A DNA stretch of 64,000 bases. Source: Heteronotia binoei. Lineage: Eukaryota. The translations under genes and the position numbers were made by a program. The notes under the pieces were generated by a model that saw nothing but the letters and a program-made list of their open reading frames with translations, did no database searches and was not told the origin of the DNA. Positions 1 through 13,149 of the stretch are shown in pieces. The first letter of the stretch is position 1. The number at the start of each line of letters is the position of its first letter. Location of the stretch: positions 10,354,001 through 10,418,000 of the forward strand of contig NC_083237.1 of assembly GCF_032191835.1 (NCBI RefSeq). Direction: 5' to 3'.

Positions 1-633
1 CAGGCCCAATAGAAGTGGTCAGAGGGTACTGTGATTTCCAGACATGCAAGCACATAAACAAAAAAAACCCCTTTCAAAATGTACAATAAACTTTCTGATA
101 TTCCACATATTTTCTTCAGAAAAAGATTGACCAGTGAACGAGGGATGTAATACTTTATGAATAAAAGAAACTCAAAATAACAAATTTAAGTGTTTATTTA
201 TTGTCAAAATCACCCAGTAGGCTTCTATAATGAAGTGCAGGTTGAATCAGAATTTCCTAGATCCTAGTCTAACATTACTGTAACCTCCACTGCACACTGG
301 CCATGTGGAAAGTACTACAGAAAACCTGTTGGGTGTTATAAGGGGTGTTCCTTTTATGCTACTTTACCCTTAGTTTTTATATTCACCTCAATATATATAC
401 CATTTGTAGGTTCTTAACACAAATATTTTGTAAAAGAATCGAATAGAAATGTCAATATAGCATAAAATTTAACAGGGTTAAAATCAGCTAAAGAAATATG
501 GTTTAAAAGGTGGGTATTGACTTGCTAAACAAGCAAAAAGATAAATGTGTGCTTTTCTCGAATGAAACATTTTGTATGAAAAATACAAACTCATCCCTAA
601 GCAAAAATGGCATAAGTATTTATGAATTTGCAG

Positions 634-816
634 CGGGGCTTTTTTTGCAGAAGGAACTCCTTTGCATATTAGGCCACACAACCCTGATGTAGCCAATCCT
701 CCAAGAGCTTACAAGGCTCTTAGAGCAGGGCCTATTAAAAACTCCAGGAGGACAGGCTGCATCAGGATTGTGTGGCCTAATATGCAAAGGAGTTCCTGCT
801 ACAAAAAAAGGTCCCG
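634..816. mobile_element. Palindromic hAT-type MITE
   Basis: Terminal inverted repeats and a perfect 8-bp TSD ATTTGCAG (626-633, 817-824). Empty site in the paralog near 7836. Related copies at about 37520-37705, 48.2 kb and 57.85 kb. Confidence 0.85.
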
Positions 817-1010
817 ATTTGCAGCATTTCTATCCCATCATTCTGCCATTACAAGGCTACCAAGCAGGACAGCAATTAAAAACATGGATGATAAAATTAC
901 ATTATAAAACCACTAAAACCATATCTCCTTCCAAACGCACATTATTAAAACAATTTTTTAAAAGAATTAAGAAACAGAATTAAAATTTGTACAAAAAGTT
1001 AAAATACATG

Positions 1011-1018
<8 letters not shown>

Positions 1019-1090
<72 letters not shown>
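1019..1090. repeat. (TA)n microsatellite
   Basis: Direct reading. Others: (CT)n at 15549-15601 and (GGAA)n at about 3250-3310. Confidence 0.95.
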
Positions 1091-1094
<4 letters not shown>

Positions 1095-2226
1095 GAGGAA
1101 TCATTGAGGGAATGCTAAATGAAAGGAAATGGCTTTCTCCACTGGTGGTGTACAGCAGTGAGCAATAATAATGGACAACATTAATATCAACGTAAATAAT
1201 CAAAAGAGATTTGTATTTACTTTTTGTCCCATTTTTCTCCCCAATAAAAACTAAAAGCAGCTTCCAACTTTGTCCTCCCTTCATCCTTTTTGTCCTCACC
1301 AGCTCACCAGACTCTAACTAAACATTGACGTTAAGTGTTTTAGAATGACAAGGAGAATGCCTCTCCCCAGTGTCTTCTGTGAAACAGTAATGATTCATAC
1401 CCAGGTCTTCTAGGTCACACTCCAGCTCTCTAACCTCTGTACCATGCCTGAATTGTTTATCTACCCAGACAGAGCGATCAAGAAGACCACCTGTCTAAAT
1501 TTCCAAAGATGGGTCCCATCAGAATTTGCATTATTTGCCTTTTTATATTGGTTGAGTGTGACCAAATTCGCTCCATATTTTTATATTGTCCTTGGATAAA
1601 CTGTAGCTGCCTTCTGCTATAAGCTAGTAAATGTCAAAATTAATTTTGAGACTGGTGAATGTACAGCTTGTCAGAATGTTCAGGTTATGCTTCCTTCCTC
1701 CTTGCAATTGGCCACTGCATGGATTAAACAACCTCTCCCTCTCTCCCACACACACACATACACAAAGAATCTTTATATGAGTATGCACCAACATTCTTTT
1801 TTATGCAGGCATACACTGGAAACCACTCACCAAAAGCGGCTTCCAACTGATTGTCCACTGGCAAATGAACAAAAATGGCAGCTGGCAAATACAGTCACAG
1901 AACCTTTATTGGCATAACAGCTGGCAAATACAGTAGTCACACTAAAAAAGAGTTGGAGAGATCTTCAGATGATTGGACTTTCACATACATTGCTAATATT
2001 TGTCCCATGGCCGGTCCTCGGATGTTTATTTAAGCTGTTTTCCCCCAGCTAAAATTCACAAGAAGATCTAATATGTCATCTGAAGATTGCTGCTAAGGAG
2101 GTATGGATGTGGTCAGCACCCGGTTGAGAGAACTGCATTCAGCAAGGACTTAGGCTGGGGAAGCTCCAAGGGACCTTCCACTATGGTATATTCATTTTAA
2201 AGTTTCTTTGAAGATACCTGGTTATG

Positions 2227-3237
2227 TCACAGTGTTTGAGAGCATGGAGGACATTTTTTAATGGGCATCCGCTGCTTCATTACTTTCAGGAATGCAAATG
2301 GAGAGATATGGCCTGATGTACTCAATACTTTATTGGCAGCAACTTTGAACTCTTTGTTCCTGATTGTGAAGATAAAAGGGCTCATCATGGGCAAAAAAGC
2401 TATGATCATGAGGTACATCATTTTGTTGACCCGGGTGTCACCTTGGGTTGAAGGTCTCAAGTACATAAAAAATGATGCCCCGTAGAGGATGCCAACAATA
2501 GTGAGATGAGAAGAGCAAGTGGAAAAGGCTTTTGACCGTCCACTGACAGATGGGATCTGAACAATAGTGGTTATAATGCATACATAAGAAACTAGTGTAA
2601 AGAGAAATGAACCCCACATGACGAGGGCCCCATAAAAGGCACCTATAAGCTCAAACAATGTTGTGTCAGCACAAGCTAATTTCAAGATAGGCCCAATATC
2701 ACAGAAGAAGTGGTCAATGACATTGTCTCCACAATATGGATAAGTCCAAACAACAATACCCTGGAAAAAGTTAATTGTAAACCCACTGAACCAAGTCAGC
2801 AACGAAAGGTACAAACAAAGTCCATTTGTCATCATGGTATTATATAGAAAGGGTTTGCAAATGGCTATGTAACGGTCAAAAGACATGACGGTGAGATTGA
2901 AGAACTGTATGGCTCCCATAGAAAAGGCAACGTAAGCTTGTGCCATGCAGCATGTGAAGCAGATGGTCTTTTGGTCCAAAACTAGGTTGGTCAGCATCTT
3001 TGGTACTACCACTGTGGTGCTCCAGAGCTCAGCCATTGAAAAGTTGGTGAGGAAGAAATACATGGGCATGTGGAGTTTGGGTTCCAGAAAGACCACTGTG
3101 ATGATTAAACAGTTGCCTGAGACTGAAATGAAGTACATCAGAAGTACAAGAGTGAAAAACATAATCCTTATTTCATGAAGTTCCGGAAAACCCAGAAGAA
3201 CAAACTCGGTGATGAATGTTTCATTGTCCACCCCCAT
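2227..3237 (-). CDS. Olfactory receptor OR-a, intact, 336 aa, class II (family-6-like)
   Basis: Single-exon 7TM ORF with OR motifs: N-glycosylation site NET, LHMPMYFFL, MSFDRYIAICKP, HFFCD, KAFSTCSSHL, FTIRN. True start taken as the ATG at 3237, just after a pyrimidine tract and AG acceptor; the ORF-track extension is a (GGAA)n repeat. Confidence 0.95.
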   Translation of the reverse strand: MGVDNETFITEFVLLGFPELHEIRIMFFTLVLLMYFISVSGNCLIITVVFLEPKLHMPMYFFLTNFSMAELWSTTVVVPKMLTNLVLDQKTICFTCCMAQAYVAFSMGAIQFFNLTVMSFDRYIAICKPFLYNTMMTNGLCLYLSLLTWFSGFTINFFQGIVVWTYPYCGDNVIDHFFCDIGPILKLACADTTLFELIGAFYGALVMWGSFLFTLVSYVCIITTIVQIPSVSGRSKAFSTCSSHLTIVGILYGASFFMYLRPSTQGDTRVNKMMYLMIIAFLPMMSPFIFTIRNKEFKVAANKVLSTSGHISPFAFLKVMKQRMPIKKCPPCSQTL

Positions 3238-6200
3238 CTCCTTTAGAAATGGAAGGAAGAAAGGAGGGAAGGAAGGGAGGGAGGGAAGAAGGAAGGAAAG
3301 AAGGAAGGAAAAAATCATTTCTACCCAAACACATATTCATATACTTCTTGTTATATAGTATATCTAGTTAAATGCTACATGGTTACAGTTATATGTATTG
3401 TCATACCTGTATTCGTTACATATGCATACATAGATACACTCTTATACTGAATCAGACGCTTGGTCCAATAAAGTCTGTATTGTCTACTCATGCTGGCAGC
3501 AATCCTCTGTGACTCTCATGCAGACATCTTTCACACCATCTGCTATCTGATTCTTTCAACTGAAGATGCCGGGGATTGAACCTGGAATCTACTGCATGCC
3601 ATACAGATGCTCTAGCACTCTGAGCTGTTCTGTCAATACTAAATCCATATAGATTTAAAGTGTCTTATTTATTCATGTTCCTCTAACTCAAATTTCTATA
3701 CCGACATCTATATTAATTTTCTACTGCATTTTAAAATAGTTGACCTAAAAGGAGACAGAGAACATGCTTCAAAATATGTCAAAAGTCTCTTGTTTATCTC
3801 TCAGTCACCAGGCAGGAAAACTCTACTGAATCATTGTTCAAAATGGTAGAGTTCATGCAAATTATGTAATTGTTTCCTGACTAAGCCAACAACTGTGTTT
3901 ATTCACTGATGAATACTCCAAGTCACCTTTATTTTTTTTTTTAAAGAAGAGGTATACATATGTAACATTCCATTCACAAACATGCAAAGACAACAATATT
4001 TAAACAAACACATTCTGAATGCTTTGTATTGCAATGCCACTAGCAGAACAAATCAATAGGAGCTAGAGAAACTGCCATAGAACAAAAGTTCAAAAACTTA
4101 TACTCCAAAAACCCCTCACAGTTATGTACCTCACAGTGTCAGGAACATGGAATACTTTTGCTGATCACACACATAACAATCGCTTCTGGAAACATTTGTT
4201 GCAAGGTTGGTAGGTATAGTTCCATCCTCTGATGCTAGAAATATATATATTTTTTTCCAACTGGATATTCTAACCACTTAACTTAAAATCTTACTTATTC
4301 AAGAAATCCTGAGAAATGGTGACCTAAAGTGCTAATGATGCCGCTTGTGTTAAACAGCATTTCCTTTTCTTTGGAAACCTGCTAATAACGGAAGGTTTTC
4401 CCAAAAGAGCTCTCCCAAGGCTACTCTCACGCTTCATGCAACAACTAAAGAGAACAATTAAGTTTGAAGAAAGTTTAAAAAAAAATATCAAGAGAGTCAA
4501 TTCTTGAAGGAAAGAAAAAAGTCTCATTTGTATTTCTACCAATTAGACATCCAGCATCTGGAGGACCATAAATTGCTTATGGTAGCTCATTAGAAATTGT
4601 ATAACAATTATTAAAAAAAAAACCTGAAAAGTGTAGCAAGGACTTGTCTTTTGAAGGAACAATACCCAAAACAATAAGTCAGCAATTACAGGGCTAAATT
4701 TGAAGAGTCTTCCAATGTTGTGAAATCGTTTGAGGGAGGATTTCAATCAGTTACTAACCCCAGCCTTAAATCAAACCCTAGCCGTGATACAGTACGCATT
4801 TGTCCCTATCCCACTGCCTTACAGTGAGGAAGGAGGCTGCCATTATGCTACCTGGTTGTGACTGGATCCAGTTGCGATGAGGTTTTGGCAGTGGTCCAGG
4901 GAGTCACAGAATAGGTCAATGAAGAATAGGGCCGGGCATGATATACACGAGGAGAGGATTCAGATTTAGATGGCCTCATTTTGAGGATTCATCATGATGC
5001 TACAGCTGTTTTAGGGTTTAAGTTGAGAGGTCTGCTACTGACCTCTTCAAAAGGAGGTCCAAGCAGAAACACCTCCTGGAAGGAAAGAATATAAAAACAC
5101 TATGTAACACATCCGAGAAAAAGGAGTAATGCCACAGAAATCGTGGTACTGATGTGAAGGGTGGCTCACCGTTTTTTCATTCTCTTATAAGGACGACCAT
5201 ACTGAAATTGTCAATGACAGCTCTTCTGCTTTTAACTGCAGCTTTGACTGAAATCAGATGAACCTCTCTTTACTATTTTTCTCCATAATACAAGATTTTT
5301 ATTATTATTATTTTTTTGCTTAGTATGTTCTTATGATTACTGGGCAACCAAATTACTATCTACTCTTTAATAAAATACCTACGCATAGGACTGTAATGTG
5401 AGAATGCATTAAAACACTGGTTTAGTAAGATGGATAACATGCAGGTACACTTGCCAGTTACATTAAAATAGATACATCAAGGTCAACCATATTTCTTAGT
5501 ACTCTGAACCCTTTGTTGTTTTCTTACGAGGGGAGCGGAATTTGCCCCACTTGGAATCTCCACTGTCTCTTACTATATGGTTTCTGTGTGTGGGTGTGTG
5601 CATGTGTGTGTGGTTTTGTTATGTTATCCTTTTATTTGTTTGACATTTTAAACTCATATTGAGCTCTTTGGACCAGAAAAAAATACTATGTGGTGACTCC
5701 GCACGCTTATTATGACTAAGCAAAGTTATCTCATATTTTTCTGTGTGTGTTAACTGGGGAAACCAAAGGCCTTATCTTTATTGACATGAACAGATTGATA
5801 TGAAAAAAGTAAGCATGTATTGAAGAGCTTTGTGCCATGCCAGACCACTAATTCATCTAGCTTTGTATTCCAAATAGCAGGATCTCTATGGTCCACATAG
5901 TAACTTCAACAAGTTGTCCAGCCTTCTTAATATTTACATTTCACTTTATCGACCATTCACCAATGCACATTCATTGTGGAGTATCCTCCACTAGCCAATC
6001 ATTAAGAGTTGTGACAGGTGGGGCCATTGATATGCAACCCTGCTCACCACAATATGTGAAGAAAATAAGGAGGAATCTTACCAAGAGCCTCAGTGCCATG
6101 ACTTTGATGCCTGGCAACATACATGACCTGAAGGGGAACTGAATTTTGTCAAGGACTTCAGATTCTGCCTCTTCTCCAAAACATCTTCTCTCTTTAGAAA

Positions 6201-6312
6201 GCCATACCAGACAGTCATTTGCATGATATCAAGGATGTATATATACTAGCATGGCAAGCAGACATGGTTCTGGGAGTTTGCAGCTCTATGCCCGAAAGAT
6301 AAAGGAGCTGAG

Positions 6313-6612
6313 TAGAGATGGGCAAGAATTGGGAAAATGTGGGTTCGTTTGTGATTCATGACTGAACCACAAACCGAATAATGCACCAAACTGAGCTGAA
6401 TGGTTCAGAGGGAAAAGAAAGCAAGGGTTTAAATGGACTCAGAGTCCCTTTAAACCCCTTCTTTCTGCTCTATACACAAACCTCCACAAACTCATTAAAA
6501 ATTTCATGAGAATTCATGAAGGCAGACCTCCATGAACTTCTGTTCTTGAAGCACGAAGCAGCTAAAATTAATCATGAAGTTTAGTTCATAAGTTGGTTCG
6601 TGCCCATTCCTA
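6313..6612. mobile_element. hAT-type MITE, 300 bp
   Basis: Ends TAGAGATGGGCA / TGCCCATTCCTA with a perfect 8-bp TSD GAGCTGAG. Confidence 0.85.
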
Positions 6613-8626
6613 GAGCTGAGAGCTCAACATTGTGGAAATCCAAGCTATGATTTTAAAAAGGAAGATTCCAGGCTTTGTGAATCATGACTGCAAACAAATG
6701 GATGTGAATGTATATGAGCAATACACTTGGATCAGAAAGAAATCCTAAGCACTCAGGATCCTACTATTTCTCAGAATCCTACTTTAGTCTATTCAGTGGG
6801 GCTTTCTCCCAGGAAAATAATATCAGAATTGCACAGCAAGTCATCCTGACCCACAGTAATAATAGCAAAGAGGCTGACAGTGCTGCAGAATGAAATATTC
6901 ATAATATCTAGCACCTTGTCGTGAAGAAATGAATAAGATAAGAGAGGAGTGTGTCTCCAGCTTTTGCACACAGATACATTCATGAGTGATGTCTGATATT
7001 TTTTTGTGCTACCTCCAAAGAGGTTTGTCTCAGTGATTACAGACCAGCACTTTGTGCCAACTCAGAGATGCCTCTGAAGTCAGCCCAAAAAATCCCTGCA
7101 GATGGCAACATCTGCTGGCCGTTCCTATCCCATCCTCAACCCTTCCTCCAGGCTGCTCCACCTGGCTCAAAAAGTTACCACTTCCAAAGTGGTAGCAAAT
7201 TTTTGAGCTGGCCATCAGTCAGCTCCGGGTAGTGTGGATGGGGAAGGGCGCAAGTGCAGCGACTTGGCAGTGTGGAACTGCCAAGCTGCCCCAAGCTGTT
7301 CTCAGGTTGTTGGGTTTTTTTAACCAATCAGAGAGCTGGTGCACATTAGCACTTGCCCCCCAAAGGAAAAGAAAAGGAATCTGGCTTCTGGGTTGCCTTC
7401 CCATGTGAAGGCGGCCAGTCGCCTAGCAGACGGGATACGGGTGGCATGCGGGTGAGTGTGTGGAGGCTCCAGAATGGTTCTTTTCTGAGTGGTCCCAATT
7501 CAGGATGCCTCACAGCCACCCCAGAATGCCTGTCTGGTATCAGCCAGTGTGTCCTTCTTTCTTGCATGCGTAGTAATACTTGCCAGTATCTTCAGGTTTC
7601 AGGTTATTCAGCTGCAGGGAAACTTGGCTTTTGAAAATGTCCTTTGTGATGTTGGAAATGTTAGCATAAAATTTAACATGAAATAATCAGCAAAAGAAAA
7701 TATTGAAAAAATGTGGGTATCAATTTGCTAAAGGAGCAAAATAGAAAAAATGTGCTTTGTTTTCAGATGAAACATTCTGTTTGAAAAATACAGAATCACT
7801 CCTAAGCAAAAATGTATGAACTTATTTATTTATGAATTTACAGCATTTATATTCCATTATTCTGCCATTACAAGGTCATCAAGCCAGCAAACAATTTATA
7901 ACATACATGATGCAATTGCCCTATAAAACCATTAAAATAACCCCTGCCAAACTGGCATCATTAAAACATTTTTTAAAAGAGTTAACAAAAAGAACTAAAA
8001 TTCATGCAAAACATTTTTTAAAAAACAATTTGGTTCTGAGAGAGGGATCAAATGAAAGGAAAAGAGTTTACCCACTGGCAGTAGATAGCAAAGAGCGATA
8101 ATAATGGGCAATAAATACTATCAACAAAAATAACTGAGAGAAACCAGAGAGCAGCTCCCAAGTTGCTCTGTTTTGTATTTTCTTTTTATCCCATTTTCCT
8201 CCCCAATGGTAATGGTTATTAACACTGTTTTCCCTCCACCATTTTGTTCTCACAACAACAGCAGTGTGAAGTATTTTAGAACATCTAGGAGAATACCTCT
8301 CCCAAGGTCTTCTGTGGCAGAACAGAGATTCATACCCAGTTCTTCTAGATCATAGTCCAGCTCTCTGGCCACTGCACCATGCCTGGATTGGTTATCCAGA
8401 CACAGCACTCAAGCAGACCACCTGACTGAATTTCCAAAGATGGGGTCCATCAGAATTGCTTTGAGTCACCCGTTTATATTGGTATATTATATTATATTGG
8501 TTAAATTTGACCATATTTTCTCCAAACACTGGAATTGTTCCTGGAATTACTATAGCTGCCTTCTGCTATAAGCTAGTAAATTCCAAAATTAATTTTGGGA
8601 ATGGTGAATGTACAGCTTCCCAGAAC

Positions 8627-8995
8627 ATTCAGGTCATAATCCCCTACTCCTTGCAATTGACCAATGTGTTTAGGTCATATTCCCCTACCCCTTGCAATTG
8701 ACCAATGCATTCAGGTCATATTCCCCTACCCCTTGCAATTGATCAATGTGTTTAGGTCATATTCCCCTACCCCTTGCAATTGACCAATGCGTTCAGGTCA
8801 TACTCCCCTACTCCTTGCAATTGACCAATGTGTTTAGGTCATATTCCCCTACCCCTTGCAATTGACCAATGCATTCAGGTCATATTCCCCTACCCCTTGC
8901 AATTGACCAATGTGTTTAGGTCATATTCCCCTACCCCTTGCAACTGACCGATGCGTTCAGGTCATACTCCCCTACTCCTTGCAATTGACCAGTGC
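8627..8995. repeat. Minisatellite, 9 x 41 bp
   Basis: Unit TCAGGTCATATTCCCCTACCCCTTGCAATTGACCAATGCAT; a single copy is present in the paralog near 1678-1715. Confidence 0.95.
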
Positions 8996-9335
8996 ATGGA
9001 TTCAACAACATCAGAAAAAGAGAGAGAGAGAGACTGAAGTAAGGAGTTTGAGGTAAGCAAGCATCAACATTCTTTTTATGTGTATCTTATCCATGTGCAT
9101 GCAAGCAGGCACACACTGGAAACCTCTCACTAAAAGCAGTTTCCAACTGATTGTCCACTGGCAAATGAACAAAAATGGCAGCTAGCAAATGCATTAGCCA
9201 CACTAATAAACAGACGGGGAGATCTTCAGATGAGTGAACTTTCACATACATTGCTAATATTTGACTCATGGCTGGTCCCCAGAGGTTTATTTGGGGTGAA
9301 CTTTTCCCAGCTAACATTCACAATAAGGTCTAATG

Positions 9336-9470
9336 CAGGGGTGGCCAATGGTAGCTCTCCAGATGTTTTTGCCTATAACTCCCATCAGCCCCAGCCATCA
9401 GCCATCCTGGCTGGAGCTGATGGGAGTTGTAGGCAAAAAACATTTGGAGAGCTACCGTTGGCCACCCCTG
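9336..9470. mobile_element. Short palindromic hAT-type MITE
   Basis: CAGGGGTGGCCAA..TTGGCCACCCCTG with TSD GTCTAATG/GTCTAACG; empty site near 2066. Sister copies at 39117-39251 and 49290-49424. Confidence 0.85.
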
Positions 9471-9633
9471 GTCTAACGTGCCATCAGAAAATTGCTGCTA
9501 AGGGCTACGGATCTGGTCAGTGACTGGTTAAGAGAATTGCATTCAGCAAGGATTTAAACTGGGTTAGCTCCAAGGGATCTTCCACTACTGTATATTCATT
9601 TCAAAGTTTATTTGAAGGTACCTGGCTATGTCA

Positions 9634-10641
9634 CTATGTTTGAGAGCATGGGGGGCATTTTTTCATGGGTATCCGCTGCTTCATTACCTCCATAAATGCA
9701 AATGGAAAGATATAGCCCAATATATTCAGTAGTTTATTGGCAGCAGTTTTGAATTCTTGGTTCCTGATTGTGAAGATAAAAGGGCTCATCATGGGCAACA
9801 AAACAACGACCATAAGGTACATCATTTTGTTGATCTGGGTGTCACCTTGGGTGGAAGGTCTCAGGTACATAAAAAATGATGCCCCGTAGAAGATGCCAAC
9901 AATAGTGAGATGGGAAGAGCAGGTGGAAAAGGCTTTTGACCGTCCACTGACAGATGGAATCTGAACAATAGCAGTTATAATGCAGGCATAAGAAACCAGC
10001 GTAAAGAGAAATGAACCCCACATAAGGATGGCCCCATAAAAGACACCTAGAAGCTCAAATGATGTTGTATCAGCGCAAGCTAATTTTAAAATAGGCCCAA
10101 TATCACAGAAGAAGTGGTCAATGACATTGTCTCCACAATATGGATAAGTCCAAACAACGATAATCTGGAAAAAGTTAATTGTAAACCCACTGAACCAAGT
10201 CAGCAACGAAAGGTACAAACAAAGTCCATTTGTCATCATGGTATTATATAGAAAGGGTTTGCAAATGGCTATGTAACGGTCAAAAGACATGACAGTGAGA
10301 TTGAAGAACTGTATGGCTCCCATAGAAAAGGCAACATAAACTTGTGCCATGCAGCATGTGAAGCAGATGGTCTTTTGGTCCAAAACTAGGTTGGTCAGCA
10401 TCTTTGGTACCACCACTGTGGTGCTCCAGAGTTCAGCCATTGAAAAGTTGGTGAGGAAGAAATACATGGGCATGTGGAGTTTGGGTTCCAGAAAGACCAC
10501 TGTGATGATTAAACAGTTGCCCGAGACTGAAATGAAGTACATCAGAAGTACAAGAGCAAAAAATATAATCCTTATTCCATGCAGTTCCGGAAAACCCAGA
10601 AGAACAAACTCAGTGATGAATGTTTCATTGCCCACCTCCAT
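9634..10641 (-). CDS. Olfactory receptor OR-b, 335 aa, recent tandem paralog of OR-a
   Basis: Same OR motifs and highly similar protein. ATG at 10641. The last Leu codon of OR-a is TAG here (9634-9636), immediately before the ancestral TGA. Confidence 0.95.
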   Translation of the reverse strand: MEVGNETFITEFVLLGFPELHGIRIIFFALVLLMYFISVSGNCLIITVVFLEPKLHMPMYFFLTNFSMAELWSTTVVVPKMLTNLVLDQKTICFTCCMAQVYVAFSMGAIQFFNLTVMSFDRYIAICKPFLYNTMMTNGLCLYLSLLTWFSGFTINFFQIIVVWTYPYCGDNVIDHFFCDIGPILKLACADTTSFELLGVFYGAILMWGSFLFTLVSYACIITAIVQIPSVSGRSKAFSTCSSHLTIVGIFYGASFFMYLRPSTQGDTQINKMMYLMVVVLLPMMSPFIFTIRNQEFKTAANKLLNILGYIFPFAFMEVMKQRIPMKKCPPCSQT

Positions 10642-10969
10642 CTCCTTCAGAAAGGAAGAAAGAAGTCTCAGCATATGGTTCCCAGTTGTTTTCTTTATTG
10701 CTAGCAATCCACAGTTATTTGGTAGTAATACCTCCCTAGATGTTCTATTACACTAAATAGTATGATTGCTTTGGTACTGTTATCTCCTTCCATTCCATTT
10801 CTTTCTGTATTTCATGTTGAACTATTGCAATGCCTGTAAATGTTATGTGCTATCATTTCACCCAACTCTGTATACCAATTATATTTTATGGCTATTCAAT
10901 GATTATTTGTTTATTTGAATGATACTATTGAGTTATATTTTGTATCATTTGTGTACTTTTCAATAAAAT

Positions 10970-11098
10970 NNNNNNNNNNNNNNNNNNNNNNNNNNNNNNN
11001 NNNNNNNNNNNNNNNNNNNNNNNNNNNNNNNNNNNNNNNNNNNNNNNNNNNNNNNNNNNNNNNNNNNNNNNNNNNNNNNNNNNNNNNNNNNNNNNNNN
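10970..11098. other. Assembly gap
   Basis: N run. Confidence 1.
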
Positions 11099-12759
11099 AT
11101 TTCTATGTTCTACCTGGACACATACATATATATTTCTTTGTTATAGTTATGTGTATTATCATACATATATCCTCTTAGTTACATTTACATATATAATGCA
11201 TACATAAATACACACAGATACAGCTGTCTTTTATTAAATCAGGACTTTGGTCCTTCAAAGTCAGTATTTTCTACTTGGACTGGCCATGGCTTTCTGGGTC
11301 TCATGCAAACATCTTTTGCATCACCTGGTACCTGAACATTTCAACTGGAGATTCTGAGGATTGAACCTGCAACGTACTGCATACCATTCTAGCACCCTGA
11401 GCCATTTCTTCAATACTTTAGTTATATAGCTCAAAAGTGTCTTATTTATTCATGTTCCAATAACTCAAGTTTTAACATAACCTTCTACATAAATTTTCTA
11501 CTGTATTTTAAAATAGTTGACTTTAAAAGAAAGAGAAAGAGCATGCTTCAAAATATGCTGAAAGACTCCTGTTTATCTCTCAGTCACTAGGCAGAAAAAG
11601 TCTACTGAATCATTGCCTGGATAGATAGAGTTCATGAAAATTAAGTAATGGTTTCTTGGCTAAACCAACAACTGTGTTGCTTCACTGAAGAATACTCTGT
11701 TACCTTTATTTTTTTAAGGGTATAAATATCTATTGTTCCATTCAGAAACATGCATAGACAGCAATATTTAAATAATCACTTTCTGAATGCTTTCTATTGC
11801 AATGCCACTATAAGAACAAATCAATAGGAGTTAGGGAAACTGGTACAGAACAGAAGTTCAAAAACTTCTTCTCCAATAAACCCATACAGTTATGTACCTC
11901 ACAATGTCAGGAACATGGAATACTTTCTCTGATCCCCCACATAACAATTGCTCCTGGAAACATTTGTCCCAAGGTTGATAGGTGTACTTCCATCTTCTCA
12001 TGCTAGAAATGTATTTTATCAACTAGATAGTCTAACCACTTCACTGAAAACTCTAGGTATTCAAGAAAACTTGGGTAATGGCACACTAAAGTGCTCGGAA
12101 CAATATTTGTAGCCTTAGACACCATTCTCGTTAAATGGCATTTTCCACTCTTTTCTTTAGGAATCCGTTAATAATTGAAAGTTTTCCCGAAGGAGTTCTT
12201 CCGAGGCTACTCTGGAGCTTCCTTTAACAACTAAAGAGAACAACTAATTTTACAGAAAGTGTTTTAAAAAGATCAAGAGAGTCAACTCTTGAAGGAAAGA
12301 TAAAAAGTCTCACTTGTATTTCTACCAATTAAGCATCTGGAGGATCACAAATATTTACGCTAGCTCATTAAAAGTTGTATAACAATAATTAAAAAATTGA
12401 AAAAGTGTTCCATGGACTTGTCTTTTGAAGAGGCAACAGCCAAAGCAATACATCAGTAATTATAGAGCTAAGTGTGATGAGACGTCCGATGTTGTGAAAT
12501 TTATTATTATTGGTTAATTTATATCCCGCCCATTCCCCCATTGGCGGCTCAGAGCAGAGTAAATCAAATAGAAATAAAATCACAATAAAATCATAATAAG
12601 ACTAATTACAACATTCATCAAAGTGCAGCAAAATGATTCAGCAAGATGACATGACAACAAGGTAGTATAGCACAAAGTAGTACCACAGTACAGCACCACA
12701 GTACAGTAGTGCAGTAGAGCAGTAAAGCATAGAAGAAGATGAAGAAGATATTGGATTTA

Positions 12760-13114
12760 TATCACCATCTTCAAGTACTTGAAAGGATGTCATATTGAGG
12801 ATGGTGTGGAATTGTTTTCTGTGGCCCCAGAAGGTAGGACCAGAACCAATGAGTTGAAATTTAATCAGAAGAGTTTCCAGCTCAATATTTGGAAGAACTT
12901 CCTGACAGAGCGGTTCCTCAGTGGAACAGGCTCCCTCGGGAGGTGGTGGGCTCTGCTTCCTTGGAGGTTTTGAAACAGAGGCTAGATGGCCATCTGACAG
13001 CAATGAAGATCCTGTGGATTTAGGGGGAGGTATTTGTGAGTTTCCTGCATTGTGCAGGGGTTTGGACTAGATGACCCTGGAGGTCCCTTCCATCTCTATG
13101 ATTCTGTGATTCTA
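12760..13114 (+). mobile_element. CR1 LINE 3' end
   Basis: KGCHIEDGVELFSVAPEGRTRTN ORF2 C-terminus, then 3' UTR ending in GATTCT-type repeats. Confidence 0.85.
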
Positions 13115-13149
13115 GTGCTAGCACTGAAGGTTTGGGTTTTTTAATTGTC

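Larger units (their letters stand above)
445..12497. repeat. Tandem segmental duplication of an OR unit (about 445-4727 and 7655-12497)
   Basis: Collinear non-coding similarity on both sides of OR-a and OR-b, including a shared old SINE. Confidence 0.9.

Noticed and set aside
2228-2270. CACAGTG heptamer at the 3' end of OR-a (also OR-e)
   Set aside because: No nonamer at 12 or 23 bp; it arises from the Thr-Leu-stop codons.
2945-3178. Short antisense ORFs recurring over OR genes, and other 60-160 aa ORF-track entries
   Set aside because: They are shadows of OR or VH coding strands, repeats or microsatellites, with no independent coding evidence.
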